Positions 24,405 through 25,030 of a DNA stretch of 25,030 nt are shown piece after piece. The stretch comes from a virus (lineage: Duplodnaviria > Caudoviricetes): the IMG/VR virus record IMGVR_UViG_3300026626_000004, positions 1-25,030 of that record, one strand, 5' to 3'. The notes beneath the pieces are model-generated. The model was not told the DNA's origin, made no database searches, and was given only the letters and a program-made list of their open reading frames with translations. Positions within the stretch are counted from its first letter, which is position 1. Every line of letters begins with the position of its first letter. Position numbers and translations under genes: made by a program.

Positions 24405-25030
24405 ATGGCTTTAATAAAAGAAGATTATGGCTTAATATACAACGATGATGGTAGTTTATGTGTAACTGTTAGAGATGATGATGTGCCTTTTGATGGTGTA
24501 AAGAGTTTTGCTGTTGAAGAAGGTACAGAGAATTTGTTTAGCGATAACTTTCTTTATATAAACAGTAGTTTTGAAATGTCGGCGAACGATCCTACTGGAA
24601 AATTTAAAAATGTAATTAAAGTTAATCCTGTAGCGGAGTCTGTGTATTTATTGAAAGATATAAATGTAATCCCAGGTGAAAGTTACTCAGGTCAAGTTTG
24701 GTGTTATGTATCTGAAGATTTTGATGGAGCTGGTGCCATAGGAATGCTAAATGAGCGTGATTTGAATGCACTGGATTTGATATATGATAAAAGTAAAAAA
24801 GGAACATGGCAATTATTAAAAAAAGAAAATGTAATAGCTACTTCAAATTATTCCTCAATTGCTAGATTATTATTATATGTATATAGTGGGTTTTCTACTG
24901 GATATGTTTTATTTAAAAATCAACAAGTTGAAAAGAAACCCTTTGCCACATCTTTTGTTGATGGGAGTAGACCAGAAGGTAAATTTGAAATACCAAATAA
25001 TAATTATATTGAAAATAGAAGAATGATGAA
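24405..25030 (+). CDS. Tail fibre / receptor-binding protein with carbohydrate-binding-like domain (3' truncated; not in the ORF track)
   Basis: AAGGAG RBS; open to the window end: MALIKEDYG...FAVEEGTENL...PGESYSGQVWCYV...KGTWQLL...QQVEKKPFATSFVDGSRP. The EEGTxNL...QxExxxFATSF bracket resembles phage fibre CBM inserts. Confidence 0.75.
   Translation, partial: MALIKEDYGLIYNDDGSLCVTVRDDDVPFDGVKSFAVEEGTENLFSDNFLYINSSFEMSANDPTGKFKNVIKVNPVAESVYLLKDINVIPGESYSGQVWCYVSEDFDGAGAIGMLNERDLNALDLIYDKSKKGTWQLLKKENVIATSNYSSIARLLLYVYSGFSTGYVLFKNQQVEKKPFATSFVDGSRPEGKFEIPNNNYIENRRMM

Larger units (their letters stand above)
1..25030 (+). mobile_element. Segment of a tailed phage/prophage (siphovirus-like): replication-recombination, late regulation, head and tail modules
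   Basis: Co-oriented, tightly packed genes in canonical phage order (RecT, replication initiator, DnaC-like, TerS/TerL, portal, capsid, tail tube, tape measure). No tail sheath between neck and tape measure. No integrase or att site in the window, so prophage versus free phage is unresolved. Confidence 0.97.

Noticed and set aside
87-24807. All minus-strand ORFs in the track (e.g. 87-374, 1230-1418, 15261-15530, 24024-24290, 24622-24807) and the + strand 5' extensions at 2866, 8113, 9136, 10565, 10998 and 17935
   Set aside because: The minus-strand ORFs are shadows of well-supported + strand genes, F/L/S-rich and without recognisable motifs. The extensions have better RBS-supported downstream starts.
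1-25030. tRNA, rRNA, intron/intein, IS element, diversity-generating retroelement or alternative genetic code
   Set aside because: No such signatures seen. TerL and capsid have normal lengths, there is no RT or transposase, and TAA, TAG and TGA all end genes normally.

Overview
This AT-rich window is about 25 kb of a tailed dsDNA (pro)phage of siphovirus type, with all credible genes on the + strand. Gene order is: recombination module (SbcC/SMC-like ATPase C-terminus, RecT, MBL-fold nuclease); replication (initiator with internal iterons, DnaC-like loader); accessory middle genes (Dam-family MTase, SSB, ThyX, dUTPase, DUF1064 nuclease, a truncated N6-MTase); a sigma70-region-4 late regulator; then the late operon (HNH, TerS, TerL, portal, minor head, scaffold, gpD-like decoration, gpE-like major capsid, neck, tail tube, two chaperones, tape measure, start of a fibre/receptor-binding protein). 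The SSB and ThyX sequences resemble Thermotoga proteins as I recall them, so a Thermotogota host is plausible but is an inference. The most unusual signals are non-coding: (1) a loxP/dif-like site just before the fibre gene; (2) two minus-strand promoter-plus-terminator units sharing an identical 11-mer, predicting tiny antisense RNAs, one of them at the late-regulator RBS; (3) branched structured RNAs before the MTase and before the HNH/terminase genes; (4) a candidate +1 frameshift (TTT-TAA) between the tail chaperone genes. All family calls are from motif recognition by eye; no searches were run.
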